NCBI GenBank assembly: GCA_045612225.1
Contig: JAZKYP010000015.1
Span: 34,125-98,124 of the forward strand
From: Candidatus Enterocola sp.
GTDB lineage: Bacteria > Bacteroidota > Bacteroidia > Bacteroidales > Paludibacteraceae
Direction: 5' to 3'
DNA: 64,000 bases
Part shown: positions 19,484-28,142 of the stretch, in pieces
Layout: each line of letters begins with the position of its first letter
Position numbering within the stretch: position 1 is the stretch's first letter
Translations under genes and position numbers: made by a program
Notes under the pieces: generated by a model
Database searches by the model: none
What the model saw: only the letters and a program-made list of their open reading frames with translations
What the model was told of the DNA's origin: nothing

Positions 19484-20800
19484 TTAAAATAATTCTTTAC
19501 TTAATGATTCTAATGCACGTTTTTTGTCTGCTGCTTTAACAAGGAATGATACGTTGTAGTTGCTACCGCCGTAAGAAATCATGCGAACAGGAATGTCTTT
19601 AAGCGCGTTAACTATTTTTGCTTGATAACCAACGTTTTCTGAGTCCATATCACCAACCACACAGATAATAACCATGTCTTTTTCAACGGTTACTGTACCG
19701 AATGTTTTAAGTTCGTTTACTATTTCGTCTAGGTGTTTGTCGTTGTCGATAGTAACAGAAACGCCTACTTCAGAAGTAGTAATCATATCAATAGAAGTTT
19801 TGTGTGTTGCGAAGCATTCAAATACTTTGCTTAGGAAACCGTGAGCAAGTAGCATACGGCCAGATTTAATCTTGATAGCAGTGATATTGTCTTTTGCTGC
19901 AACTGCTTCTATTTTTTTAGGAGTAAGCTTGGTAGAAATTAATGTACCAGGAGCTTGAGGGTCCATTGTATTTAATAGACGCACAGGAATGTTTTCAAGT
20001 TTTGCGGGAAGAATGCAAGTAGGGTGTAGGATTTTAGCACCGAAATATGCAAGTTCTGCTGCTTCCTCAAAGTGTAGAGTTGCTACTGGTTTAGTGTTTT
20101 CTACAAAACGAGGGTCGTTGTTGTGCATACCATCAATGTCTGTCCAGATTTGGATTTCAGAAGCCTTAATAGCGGCACCGATTAATGATGCAGTGTAGTC
20201 TGAACCCCCACGTTGAAGGTTGTCTATTTCATTATATGCATTTCTACAGATATAACCTTGTGTAATATAAATTTCGGTATCTGATGGGAATACAGATAAT
20301 GATTTGGCAATATTTGTGCGAATATAAGCAAGGTCTGGTTCGTTGTTCTTGTCGATACGCATGAAATCTAATGAAGGAAGTAGGACAGATTTAACGCCTA
20401 TTTCTTGTAGATATAGATTTACCATAGCGGTAGACATAAGTTCGCCTTGTGCTAAAATAATTTTCTCATCAAATAATAAGAATACATTATTTTGTGTAAA
20501 TTTGCGAAGTAAATCGAAGTGTACCTTTAATATAGAGTTAGCTTCTGCTTTAGTTTCGTCTTTAGAATAAAGTTCATCTACAACAGCTGCATACTTTTGC
20601 TCCATCTTATTGATGACTTCATTAGCACTAACTGGGTTTTTCTTATATAGGTAGTCTGCTATTTCTACTAATGTGTTGGTTGTACCAGACATTGCAGAAA
20701 GTACTACTATTTTTTGATCACCATCACAGATTAAAGAAGCTACTTCTTTCATTCTTTGTGCAGAACCTACGGATGTTCCGCCGAATTTTAAAACTTTCAT
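19484..20800 (-). CDS. lysC: Aspartate kinase (monofunctional)
   Basis: 438 aa with the amino-acid kinase N-terminus MKVLKFGGTSVGS, RGGSDYTA, and two C-terminal ACT-like regions. Confidence 0.92.
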   Translation of the reverse strand: MKVLKFGGTSVGSAQRMKEVASLICDGDQKIVVLSAMSGTTNTLVEIADYLYKKNPVSANEVINKMEQKYAAVVDELYSKDETKAEANSILKVHFDLLRKFTQNNVFLLFDEKIILAQGELMSTAMVNLYLQEIGVKSVLLPSLDFMRIDKNNEPDLAYIRTNIAKSLSVFPSDTEIYITQGYICRNAYNEIDNLQRGGSDYTASLIGAAIKASEIQIWTDIDGMHNNDPRFVENTKPVATLHFEEAAELAYFGAKILHPTCILPAKLENIPVRLLNTMDPQAPGTLISTKLTPKKIEAVAAKDNITAIKIKSGRMLLAHGFLSKVFECFATHKTSIDMITTSEVGVSVTIDNDKHLDEIVNELKTFGTVTVEKDMVIICVVGDMDSENVGYQAKIVNALKDIPVRMISYGGSNYNVSFLVKAADKKRALESLSKELF

Positions 20801-20825
20801 AGTTATAAAGATTAAATTTTGGACG

Positions 20826-20833
20826 CAAAGTTA
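20826..20833 (-). promoter_or_regulatory. Putative -7 promoter box for lysC
   Basis: The reverse complement reads TAACTTTG, about 25 nt upstream of the ATG at 20800. That leaves a leader of about 20 nt. Confidence 0.5.
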
Positions 20834-20977
20834 ATAAAAAAATGTGTAAAACAATGTGTATGTATGATAAATCATTATATAATGTGTAATAATCAACGAA
20901 ATAAACACATTAATAATTTAACAAATTAGCCTTAAATGTTAAAAGATGTTATTGTAATGGATTTTATTGTCAAAATA

Positions 20978-21009
20978 TTTGCGCGGTATTACCCAAAGCA
21001 TTACCTTTG
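20978..21009 (+). promoter_or_regulatory. Full consensus Bacteroidetes promoter (-33 TTTG, 20-nt spacer, -7 TACCTTTG) with no CDS behind it
   Basis: TTTG at 20978-20981 and TACCTTTG at 21002-21009. The spacing fits my recollection of the TTTG-N19-21-TAnnTTTG consensus. Confidence 0.55.
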
Positions 21010-21013
21010 CGTC

Positions 21014-21094
21014 ATATTAGTTTTCTTCGTAAGAAAAAGATTAAGAATTAAGATGGGGCAAATGGTTACCGAGCGAGGTAACCATTTGTTTTTG
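21014..21094 (+). ncRNA. Candidate small RNA of about 80 nt, or a leader/attenuator upstream of nqrA
   Basis: Bounded by the consensus promoter and an intrinsic terminator. Contains the hairpin TTTTCTT-cgt-AAGAAAA (21021-21037) and the terminator hairpin. No plausible ORF. Confidence 0.4.
21059..21094 (+). terminator. Rho-independent terminator (plus-strand orientation)
   Basis: 12-bp stem CAAATGGTTACC / GGTAACCATTTG, loop GAGCGA, followed by TTTTTGT. There is no upstream plus-strand gene for it to terminate. Confidence 0.8.
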
Positions 21095-21120
21095 TATATA
21101 TTCCAATCTATTAAAAATTC

Positions 21121-21148
21121 TCCTTTCTCCTTTCTCATTTCTCATTTA
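21121..21148. repeat. Four tandem heptamers TC(C/A)TTT(C/A)
   Basis: TCCTTTC TCCTTTC TCATTTC TCATTTA, lying directly upstream of the nqrA -7 box. Confidence 0.85.
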
Positions 21149-21155
21149 TTTTTAT

Positions 21156-21163
21156 TAACTTTG
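21156..21163 (+). promoter_or_regulatory. Putative -7 promoter box for nqrA
   Basis: TAACTTTG, 45 nt upstream of the ATG at 21208. There is no TTTG at the expected -33 position, which falls inside the heptamer array. Confidence 0.45.
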
Positions 21164-21207
21164 TGCGAAATTTTTTTCACTGAAACTTTTATTCGTCAAA
21201 AATATTT

Positions 21208-22563
21208 ATGGCAGATTTAATTAAAATTAAGCAAGGCCTTAATATTCAGATGGTTGGACAAGCCAAAGAAGAATATGGCCGCGTATCCCAATCAGCCTTA
21301 ATAGGATTCAATCCAGAGAGTTTCTATGGTATTACTCCTAAACCAGTGGCTAAGGTTGGTGATAAAGTGAAGGTTGGTTCTGTTTTATTTATCGATAAAA
21401 AGAATCCAGACCTTAAGATAGTTTCACCTGTTAGTGGTGAGTTGTTAGCAATTAATCGTGGTGAAAGACGTAAAATCCTAGATTTCGTTGTTCAAAACGA
21501 TTTTAAAGCAGAACAAGCAGAAATTAAGCCTATCAATCTTGATGGTTCTGCAGAAGAAGTAAAAGCTTCTCTTTCTGATGCAGGTTTTCTTGCTTTCTTC
21601 AAACAACGTCCTTACGACGTATGTATAGCTCCAACAGATACTCCAAGAGCTATATTCATTTCAGCTTTTGATAAAGCTCCACTTGCTCCAAATTTCAACT
21701 TTATTTTAAAAGATGAAGTTTCAAACTTCCAAGCAGGTATCAATGCTATTAGCAAAATTGCTCCTGTTTATGTAGGTGTTGAAAAAGGTTGCGCATGGGC
21801 TGCTTCTCTTCAAAATGCTACAGTAACTCAGTTTGAAGGTGATTATCCTGCTAGCAACGTTGGTGTTCAAATCAATAAAGTAGCGCCTATCAATCGTGGT
21901 GAAGTGGTTTGGACTATCGCTCCACAAGAAGTGGCTATCATCGGTCGTTTCGTTAATAAAGGAAAATTAGATTTCACTAAAACAGTAGCATTCTGTGGTG
22001 AAAACGCTGCAACCCCTGCTTATTATAAAGTAGTAATGGGTAGCAACGTTTCTGCTATTGCTAAAGCTAATGTTTTAGAAGGTAGAAATCTTCGTTATAT
22101 CGCAGGTAACCCATTGTCAGGTACACAAGTTTCTGCAGATGCTTGGTTAAATCCTTTCGTGTCTCAACTAACTGTAATCCCAGAAGGCGACGATACACAC
22201 GAAATGTTTGGTTGGATTATGCCAGGTATCAAGAAATTTAGCTTAAATGGTTCATTCCTTTCTGGTATGCTATGTTCTTGCCTACGTAATAAATTCAAAT
22301 TCTCTTTCGATGCACGTCTTCAAGGTGGCGAACGTCACATGATTATGTCTGGAGAATATGACAAAGTATTCCCAATGGATATCTATCCAGAATTCTTGCT
22401 TAAAGCAATTATCTCTGGCGATATTGAAAAAATGGAAGAACTTGGTATTTATGAAGTAGCTCCAGAAGACTTTGCTGCAGCAGAATTTGTATGTTCTTCA
22501 AAAGTAGAACTACAAAAAATCGTTCGCCAAGGTCTAGATATGTTAAGAAAAGAAATGTGTTAA
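21208..22563 (+). CDS. nqrA: Na+-translocating NADH:quinone reductase subunit A
   Basis: 451 aa; first gene of a six-gene cluster in canonical nqrABCDEF order and sizes. Confidence 0.9.
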   Translation: MADLIKIKQGLNIQMVGQAKEEYGRVSQSALIGFNPESFYGITPKPVAKVGDKVKVGSVLFIDKKNPDLKIVSPVSGELLAINRGERRKILDFVVQNDFKAEQAEIKPINLDGSAEEVKASLSDAGFLAFFKQRPYDVCIAPTDTPRAIFISAFDKAPLAPNFNFILKDEVSNFQAGINAISKIAPVYVGVEKGCAWAASLQNATVTQFEGDYPASNVGVQINKVAPINRGEVVWTIAPQEVAIIGRFVNKGKLDFTKTVAFCGENAATPAYYKVVMGSNVSAIAKANVLEGRNLRYIAGNPLSGTQVSADAWLNPFVSQLTVIPEGDDTHEMFGWIMPGIKKFSLNGSFLSGMLCSCLRNKFKFSFDARLQGGERHMIMSGEYDKVFPMDIYPEFLLKAIISGDIEKMEELGIYEVAPEDFAAAEFVCSSKVELQKIVRQGLDMLRKEMC

Positions 22564-22584
22564 GAAATTAATAAACTATAAATA

Positions 22585-23802
22585 ATGAATGCTTTAAGAA
22601 AATTTGTCGATAAAATCAAACCTACCTTCTCAGAAGGTGGTAAATTATCGATGTTCCGTTCTGTCTTCGACGGATTCGAAACATTCTTATTCGTTCCGAA
22701 TACTACTTCTAAATCTGGAGCTCATATCCACGACGCAGTAGATTCAAAACGAATTATGATTATGGTGGTAATAGCACTTATGCCTGCTTTATTATTTGGT
22801 ATGTATAACGTGGGTTACCAACACTATTTAGCAATTGGCCAACTTGCAGCAACAAACTTCTTTGAAGTTTTCTCTTATGGTCTTCTTGCTGTATTACCTA
22901 AAATCGTGGTTGCATACCTTGTAGGTTTAGGTATCGAGTTTACAGTAGCTCAATTTAAAGGTGAAGAAATTCACGAAGGTTTCCTTGTTACAGGTATTAT
23001 CCTACCAATGATTGTTCCAGTGGACTGCCCACTATGGATTTTAGCTCTTGCTACTGCATTTGCAGTAATCTTTGCTAAAGAAATCTTCGGTGGTACAGGT
23101 ATGAATATCTTCAACGTAGCATTAATCGCTCGTGCATTCCTATTCTTTGCTTATCCTTCTAAAATGTCTGGCGATGCTGTTTGGGTGCGTACAGATGCTA
23201 CATTTGGTTTAGGTGAAGGTGCAGTTGTAGACGGCTTTACAGGTGCAACTCCTCTTGGTCAAGTAGCTGTGGCTCCTACATCAGAAGTTGCTTTAACTAA
23301 TGTTTTAGGCGAGCCTGCTTCATTAATGGATGCTATCATTGGTCTTATCCCTGGTTCTATTGGTGAAACTAGTGTTATTGCTATTGCATTAGGTGCTATC
23401 CTATTATTAGTAACTCGCATCGCTAGCTGGAAAGTAATGCTTTCTATCTTTGGTAGTGGTGCTTTAATGGCGTTAATCTTCAATGCATTCGGTCCTGATA
23501 CCGCTGCAGCTCAACTTCCTTGGTACTATCACTTAGTATTAGGTGGTTTTGCTTTCGGTGCTGTATTTATGGCAACAGACCCTGTTACTTCTGCTCGTAC
23601 AGAAGCAGGTAAATGGATGTATGGTTGCTTAATCGGTTCATTAGCAGTTATTATCCGTGTTCTTAACCCTGGTTATCCAGAAGGTATGATGCTTGCTATT
23701 CTTTTAGGTAACGTATTCGCACCTTTATTCGACTACCTAGTGGTTCAACGCAATATTTCTAAACGTGCTAAACGTGCAACTAAAGCTATTAACTCTAAAT
23801 AA
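22585..23802 (+). CDS. nqrB: Na+-translocating NADH:quinone reductase subunit B
   Basis: 405 aa polytopic membrane protein. FMN-attachment context DGFTGATPLG. Confidence 0.9.
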   Translation: MNALRKFVDKIKPTFSEGGKLSMFRSVFDGFETFLFVPNTTSKSGAHIHDAVDSKRIMIMVVIALMPALLFGMYNVGYQHYLAIGQLAATNFFEVFSYGLLAVLPKIVVAYLVGLGIEFTVAQFKGEEIHEGFLVTGIILPMIVPVDCPLWILALATAFAVIFAKEIFGGTGMNIFNVALIARAFLFFAYPSKMSGDAVWVRTDATFGLGEGAVVDGFTGATPLGQVAVAPTSEVALTNVLGEPASLMDAIIGLIPGSIGETSVIAIALGAILLLVTRIASWKVMLSIFGSGALMALIFNAFGPDTAAAQLPWYYHLVLGGFAFGAVFMATDPVTSARTEAGKWMYGCLIGSLAVIIRVLNPGYPEGMMLAILLGNVFAPLFDYLVVQRNISKRAKRATKAINSK

Positions 23803-23811
23803 TAATATACC

Positions 23812-24501
23812 ATGAATACTAACAGTAATACTTATACCATTGTATATGCATCGGTCATGGTTATTATCGTGGCTTTCTTGCTAGCTTTCGTTTCATCTTC
23901 ATTGAAAGATATTCAAGACGAAAATGTTGCTCTAGATAAGAAAAAACAAATCTTATCTTCTCTAAATGTAGATTTAAAAGATGCTGACGCCTCTAAACTA
24001 TATAGCGAAATAGTTCTACAAGAACAACTTATCAACTCAGAAGGTGCTGTTATAGCAGAAACTGGTGCTTTTGATATTGTATCTAAAGTAGAAAACGCTA
24101 AACCACTTGCAGAACGTCAACTTCCACTTTATATTTGCCAAATCAATGGCGAAACCAAATATGTGTTACCAGTGTATGGTGCAGGTCTTTGGGGTCCAAT
24201 TTGGGGTTATGTTTCATTAAACGACGATAAAGCTACTGTTTACGGTGCTTATTTCGCTCACGCTGGTGAAACTCCAGGTTTAGGTGCTGATATCGCTCTT
24301 CCTAAATTCCAAAACCAATTCCCTGGCAAAAAAATTAGTAGAGAAGGAGAGTTTACTTCTATCGCTATTGTAAAACCAGGTAAAACAGATGATACTAAAG
24401 ATTATGTAAACGGTATCTCTGGTGGTACTATCACTTCTCAAGGTGTAGATGCTATGCTTTTAGAAGGTTTAGGTCAATATGTTAACTTTTTAAAACAATA
24501 A
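23812..24501 (+). CDS. nqrC: Na+-translocating NADH:quinone reductase subunit C
   Basis: 229 aa with a single N-terminal TM helix and an FMN_bind domain whose site is VNGISGGTITSQG. Confidence 0.9.
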   Translation: MNTNSNTYTIVYASVMVIIVAFLLAFVSSSLKDIQDENVALDKKKQILSSLNVDLKDADASKLYSEIVLQEQLINSEGAVIAETGAFDIVSKVENAKPLAERQLPLYICQINGETKYVLPVYGAGLWGPIWGYVSLNDDKATVYGAYFAHAGETPGLGADIALPKFQNQFPGKKISREGEFTSIAIVKPGKTDDTKDYVNGISGGTITSQGVDAMLLEGLGQYVNFLKQ

Positions 24502-24514
24502 GGAGGAACAGAAG

Positions 24515-25141
24515 ATGAGTTTATTTTCAAAAGAAAATCGTACTGCGTTTACTAGACCTTTATGGTTAGACAACCCAGTAACAATGCAAATTTTAGGTAT
24601 CTGTTCTGCCTTAGCTGTAACTGTAAAACTAGAGCCAGCTTTAGTAATGGGTATTTCAGTTACCATTATCGTTGCTTTAGCAAACTTAGTTATTTCACTT
24701 CTTCGTAATACTATTCCAAATCGTATTCGTATTATCGTACAATTGGTTGTAGTAGCTGCGTTAGTAACTATCGTAAGTGAAGTTTTAAAAGCATTTGCAT
24801 ACGATGTGAGTGTACAACTTTCAGTTTATATCGGTCTTATCATTACTAACTGTATCCTAATGGGTCGTCTTGAAGCATTTGCTATGGCAAATGGTCCTTG
24901 GGCTTCTACTCTTGACGGTCTAGGTAATGGTTTCGGTTATGCTATGATCTTAGTAGTTGTTGCATTTGTTCGTGAACTTTTCAGTGCAGGTACATTATTA
25001 GGTATTAAAGTAATTCCAGATTGCGTATACGAATTTGGTTACTTAAATAATGGTCTAATGCTTATGCCTCCTATGGCACTTATCTTATTGGGTTGTATTA
25101 TTTGGTTCCAACGTGCCAAAAACCCTGAATTAAATAATTAA
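24515..25141 (+). CDS. nqrD: Na+-translocating NADH:quinone reductase subunit D
   Basis: 208 aa; NqrD/RnfE-family motif NPVTMQILGICSALAVT. Confidence 0.9.
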   Translation: MSLFSKENRTAFTRPLWLDNPVTMQILGICSALAVTVKLEPALVMGISVTIIVALANLVISLLRNTIPNRIRIIVQLVVVAALVTIVSEVLKAFAYDVSVQLSVYIGLIITNCILMGRLEAFAMANGPWASTLDGLGNGFGYAMILVVVAFVRELFSAGTLLGIKVIPDCVYEFGYLNNGLMLMPPMALILLGCIIWFQRAKNPELNN

Positions 25142-25163
25142 TGACCCGTAAAACAGAAGAATC

Positions 25164-25763
25164 ATGGAAAATTTATTAAGTTTATTCGTTAAGTCGATTT
25201 TTGTCGACAACATGATATTTGCTTACTTCTTGGGTATGTGTTCATATTTGGCTGTATCTAAGAATGTAAAAACAGCATTTGGATTGGGTATTGCGGTAAT
25301 TTTCGTGTTATGTATTACCGTTCCAGTTAACTATTTACTTGAAAACTACTTACTTAAAGCTAATGCTATTATAGAAGGTGTAGACTTAAGCTTCTTGAGC
25401 TTCATTCTATTCATTGCTGTGATTGCTGCTATTGTGCAACTTGTGGAAATGATTGTAGAACGTTTCTCTCCATCTCTATATGCTTCTCTAGGTATCTTCT
25501 TACCTCTTATTGCTGTAAACTGTGCCATCATGGGTGCATGTTTATTTATGCAACAACGTGAGTTCATCAACGTAGGTGAAGCTACTGTATATGCATTTGG
25601 CTCTGGTATTGGTTGGTTAATTGCTATTGTGGCATTAGCTGCTATACGTGAAAAAATGGCATATTGCAATGTTCCAAAACCTCTTCGTGGTCTAGGTATC
25701 ACCTTCATCACTGTAGGTCTTATGGCATTAGCATTTATGTGTTTCTCAGGATTAAAAATTTAA
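25164..25763 (+). CDS. nqrE: Na+-translocating NADH:quinone reductase subunit E
   Basis: 199 aa; NqrE/RnfA-family motif [15 protein letters not shown]. Confidence 0.9.
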   Translation: MENLLSLFVKSIFVDNMIFAYFLGMCSYLAVSKNVKTAFGLGIAVIFVLCITVPVNYLLENYLLKANAIIEGVDLSFLSFILFIAVIAAIVQLVEMIVERFSPSLYASLGIFLPLIAVNCAIMGACLFMQQREFINVGEATVYAFGSGIGWLIAIVALAAIREKMAYCNVPKPLRGLGITFITVGLMALAFMCFSGLKI

Positions 25764-25778
25764 GAAAGGGGATTAACT

Positions 25779-27062
25779 ATGTTATTAGCAATAGATATGA
25801 CAATGATTGGAGCCAGTATAGCTGTGTTCCTAGGTATGATCCTAATAATGGTGATTTTACTGTTGGTAGCAAAACGTTATTTGTCTCCTTCAGGTCCTGT
25901 TAAGGTTACTCTTAACGGTGAAAAAACAATGGAAGTGGCTTCTGGTGGTACTCTTCTAGGTACTATGGCTGCAGAAGGTGTATTTTTACCATCTGCTTGT
26001 GGTGGTAAAGGTTCTTGCGGTCAATGCCGTTGCCAAGTGCCAGAAGGTGGTGGTGAAATTCTTCCTACTGAAGCTGTTCACTTCTCACGCAAACAAATTA
26101 AAGATAACTGGCGTTTAGGTTGCCAAGTTAAAGTTAAAAGTGATATGAGCATCAAGGTGCCAGAATCTGTTCTTGGTGTAAAAGAATGGGAATGCGAAGT
26201 TATTTCAAACCGCAACGTGGCTACCTTTATTAAAGAATTTAAAGTTAAACTTCCTGCAGGTGAACACATGGACTTCGTTCCTGGTTCATACGCTCAAATC
26301 GTTATTCCAGAATACGATCTTAACTATGCAGACTTCGACCGTTCTTTAATTGGTGACTTATACGTACCAGCATGGGAAAACTTCGGTTTATTCAACTTAA
26401 AACAAAAGAATACCGAACAAACAATCCGTGCTTATTCTATGGCTAACTATCCAGATGAAGGTGACATTATCACACTTACAGTGCGTATTGCAACACCTCC
26501 ATTCAAACCAAAAGATCAAGGTCCTGGCTTTATGGATGTACCTTGTGGTATCGCTTCTACATATATCTTCTCACTAAAACCTGGTGACAAAGTTATTATG
26601 AGTGGTCCTTATGGTGACTTCCATCCAGAGTTTGATAGCAAACGCGAAATGATTTGGGTAGGTGGTGGTGCCGGTATGGCTCCTCTTCGTGCACAAATTA
26701 TGCACATGCTAAAAACTCTTAAAACACGTGACCGTGAAATGCATTACTTCTATGGTGCTCGTGCTATCGACGAAGTGTTCTTCTTAGAAGATTTCTTAGA
26801 ACTAGAAAAAGAATTCCCTAACTTCCACTTCCACTTAGCTCTAGACCGTCCAGACCCTAAAGCAGACAAACTTGGTATTAAATATACTGCTGGTTTCATT
26901 GCTCCAGTTATGGGCGATACCTATTTGAAACAACACGAAGAACCAGAAGAAATCGAATACTACCTATGTGGACCTCCAATGATGGCAAAAACAGTGCTTG
27001 ACTTGTTGGATAGCCTAGGTGTAGAAAAAGATATGATTCACTTCGACGACTTCGGAGGATAA
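25779..27062 (+). CDS. nqrF: Na+-translocating NADH:quinone reductase subunit F
   Basis: 427 aa with an N-terminal TM helix, a 2Fe-2S ferredoxin motif CGGKGSCGQCRC, and an FAD/NAD(P)-binding reductase domain (RAYSMANY, GGGAGMAP). Confidence 0.92.
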   Translation: MLLAIDMTMIGASIAVFLGMILIMVILLLVAKRYLSPSGPVKVTLNGEKTMEVASGGTLLGTMAAEGVFLPSACGGKGSCGQCRCQVPEGGGEILPTEAVHFSRKQIKDNWRLGCQVKVKSDMSIKVPESVLGVKEWECEVISNRNVATFIKEFKVKLPAGEHMDFVPGSYAQIVIPEYDLNYADFDRSLIGDLYVPAWENFGLFNLKQKNTEQTIRAYSMANYPDEGDIITLTVRIATPPFKPKDQGPGFMDVPCGIASTYIFSLKPGDKVIMSGPYGDFHPEFDSKREMIWVGGGAGMAPLRAQIMHMLKTLKTRDREMHYFYGARAIDEVFFLEDFLELEKEFPNFHFHLALDRPDPKADKLGIKYTAGFIAPVMGDTYLKQHEEPEEIEYYLCGPPMMAKTVLDLLDSLGVEKDMIHFDDFGG

Positions 27063-27068
27063 TATATA

Positions 27069-27104
27069 AAGAGAGGTTGCTAAATTTAGCAGCCTCTCTT
27101 TTTG
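27069..27104 (+). terminator. Rho-independent terminator after nqrF
   Basis: Stem AGAGAGGTTGCT / AGCAGCCTCTCT (one G-U pair), loop AAATTT, then TTTTT. Confidence 0.8.
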
Positions 27105-27125
27105 CTACTTTATCTATATTTTCCC

Positions 27126-27133
27126 TACCTTTG
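27126..27133 (+). promoter_or_regulatory. Putative -7 promoter box for the transporter gene
   Basis: TACCTTTG, about 20 nt upstream of the ATG at 27153. Confidence 0.45.
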
Positions 27134-27152
27134 CAGAAAATTATTGAAGAGT

Positions 27153-28097
27153 ATGTTTCAGTTTATAAAAAATTGGTCACTTCCTATCATCATGTGTTTA
27201 GGAGTATTGGCCTATATAGTGGCGCACGCATTAAATTTACCTATTGAAGTAAAAGCAGATATAAACAGTGGCATAAAGATATTACAACCATTACTACTTT
27301 TTTGTATGCTTTACATTTCGTTTTGTAAAGTAGACTTCAAACAACTACGCTTAAGACCATGGCATGGATTGTTGTTGTTGATTCAAGTAGGAATGGTTGG
27401 AATACTTGCATTGATTTTACGCTATTTGCCACATTCAAACATCTATTTATTGGTTGAATGTCTTTTGGCTTGTTTTATTTGCCCTACAGCAACGGCTTCT
27501 GTGGTAATTGTTGAAAAGCTCAAAGGAAATCCAGCCACATTGCTTATGTACAATATACTTATCAATCTTTCTATTGCTGTGACTGCACCTATTTTCATTC
27601 CTCTTTTTATGAATAATGAAATTGGTTTCACCGAAACATTTGTTAGTATTGTAAAGCAAGTATGCCCAGTACTTATGATACCACTAATATTGGCTAGACT
27701 CACAAATAGATTTTTGCCAAAGTTGAGAGATAAAATCACTCAAATAAAGGATTTAGCGTTTTATTTGTGGATGGTGGCGTTGGGACTTGCCATGGCTACT
27801 GCAAGTAGAGCTTTTGCCAATACACAAATAGATTTTTACACTGTTCTAGGCATTTTACTTATCACTGCCACAGCTTGTTTGCTTCAGTTTTTTATAGGAC
27901 GTCGCATTGGTAAAGTATTTGGCGACCAAATAAGTGCAGGTCAGGCACTTGGACAAAAAAATACTGTGTTCGTTATTTGGCTTGCATACACTTTTATGGA
28001 CCCAATTTGTGCTGTAGCAGGTGGTTTCTATAGCATTTGGCACAACACAGTAAATTCAATTCAATTATACCGACACAATAACAAAGGAACTAAATAA
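27153..28097 (+). CDS. Polytopic transporter, probably bile acid:Na+ symporter (BASS) superfamily
   Basis: The ORF track start at 27102 is TTG and lies upstream of the promoter box, so I use the ATG at 27153 (MFQFIKNWSLPII). About 9-10 TM segments. CPTATASVV and ALGQKNTVF resemble BASS signature regions. The family call is tentative. Confidence 0.55.
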   Translation: MFQFIKNWSLPIIMCLGVLAYIVAHALNLPIEVKADINSGIKILQPLLLFCMLYISFCKVDFKQLRLRPWHGLLLLIQVGMVGILALILRYLPHSNIYLLVECLLACFICPTATASVVIVEKLKGNPATLLMYNILINLSIAVTAPIFIPLFMNNEIGFTETFVSIVKQVCPVLMIPLILARLTNRFLPKLRDKITQIKDLAFYLWMVALGLAMATASRAFANTQIDFYTVLGILLITATACLLQFFIGRRIGKVFGDQISAGQALGQKNTVFVIWLAYTFMDPICAVAGGFYSIWHNTVNSIQLYRHNNKGTK

Positions 28098-28103
28098 ATT
28101 GTT

Positions 28104-28111
28104 TAATTTTG
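28104..28111 (+). promoter_or_regulatory. Putative -7 promoter box for the LRR surface protein gene
   Basis: TAATTTTG, about 32 nt upstream of the ATG at 28143. Confidence 0.4.
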
Positions 28112-28142
28112 TAGATTGGAAAAAAACATTAAACCTTATCAA

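Noticed and set aside
20801-20935. Looked for a lysine riboswitch (L-box) upstream of lysC, and for a Thr-type leader upstream of thrA (44051-44184).
   Set aside because: The lysC -7 box is only about 25 nt from the ATG. Both regions are short, AT-rich and without extended conserved helices, so there is no room for a riboswitch of about 180 nt.
20936-21220. 94-aa ORF spanning the lysC/nqrA intergenic region.
   Set aside because: It runs through a consensus promoter, an intrinsic terminator, the heptamer repeat and the nqrA start. The translation is hydrophobic and low-complexity. The region is better explained as non-coding regulatory DNA.
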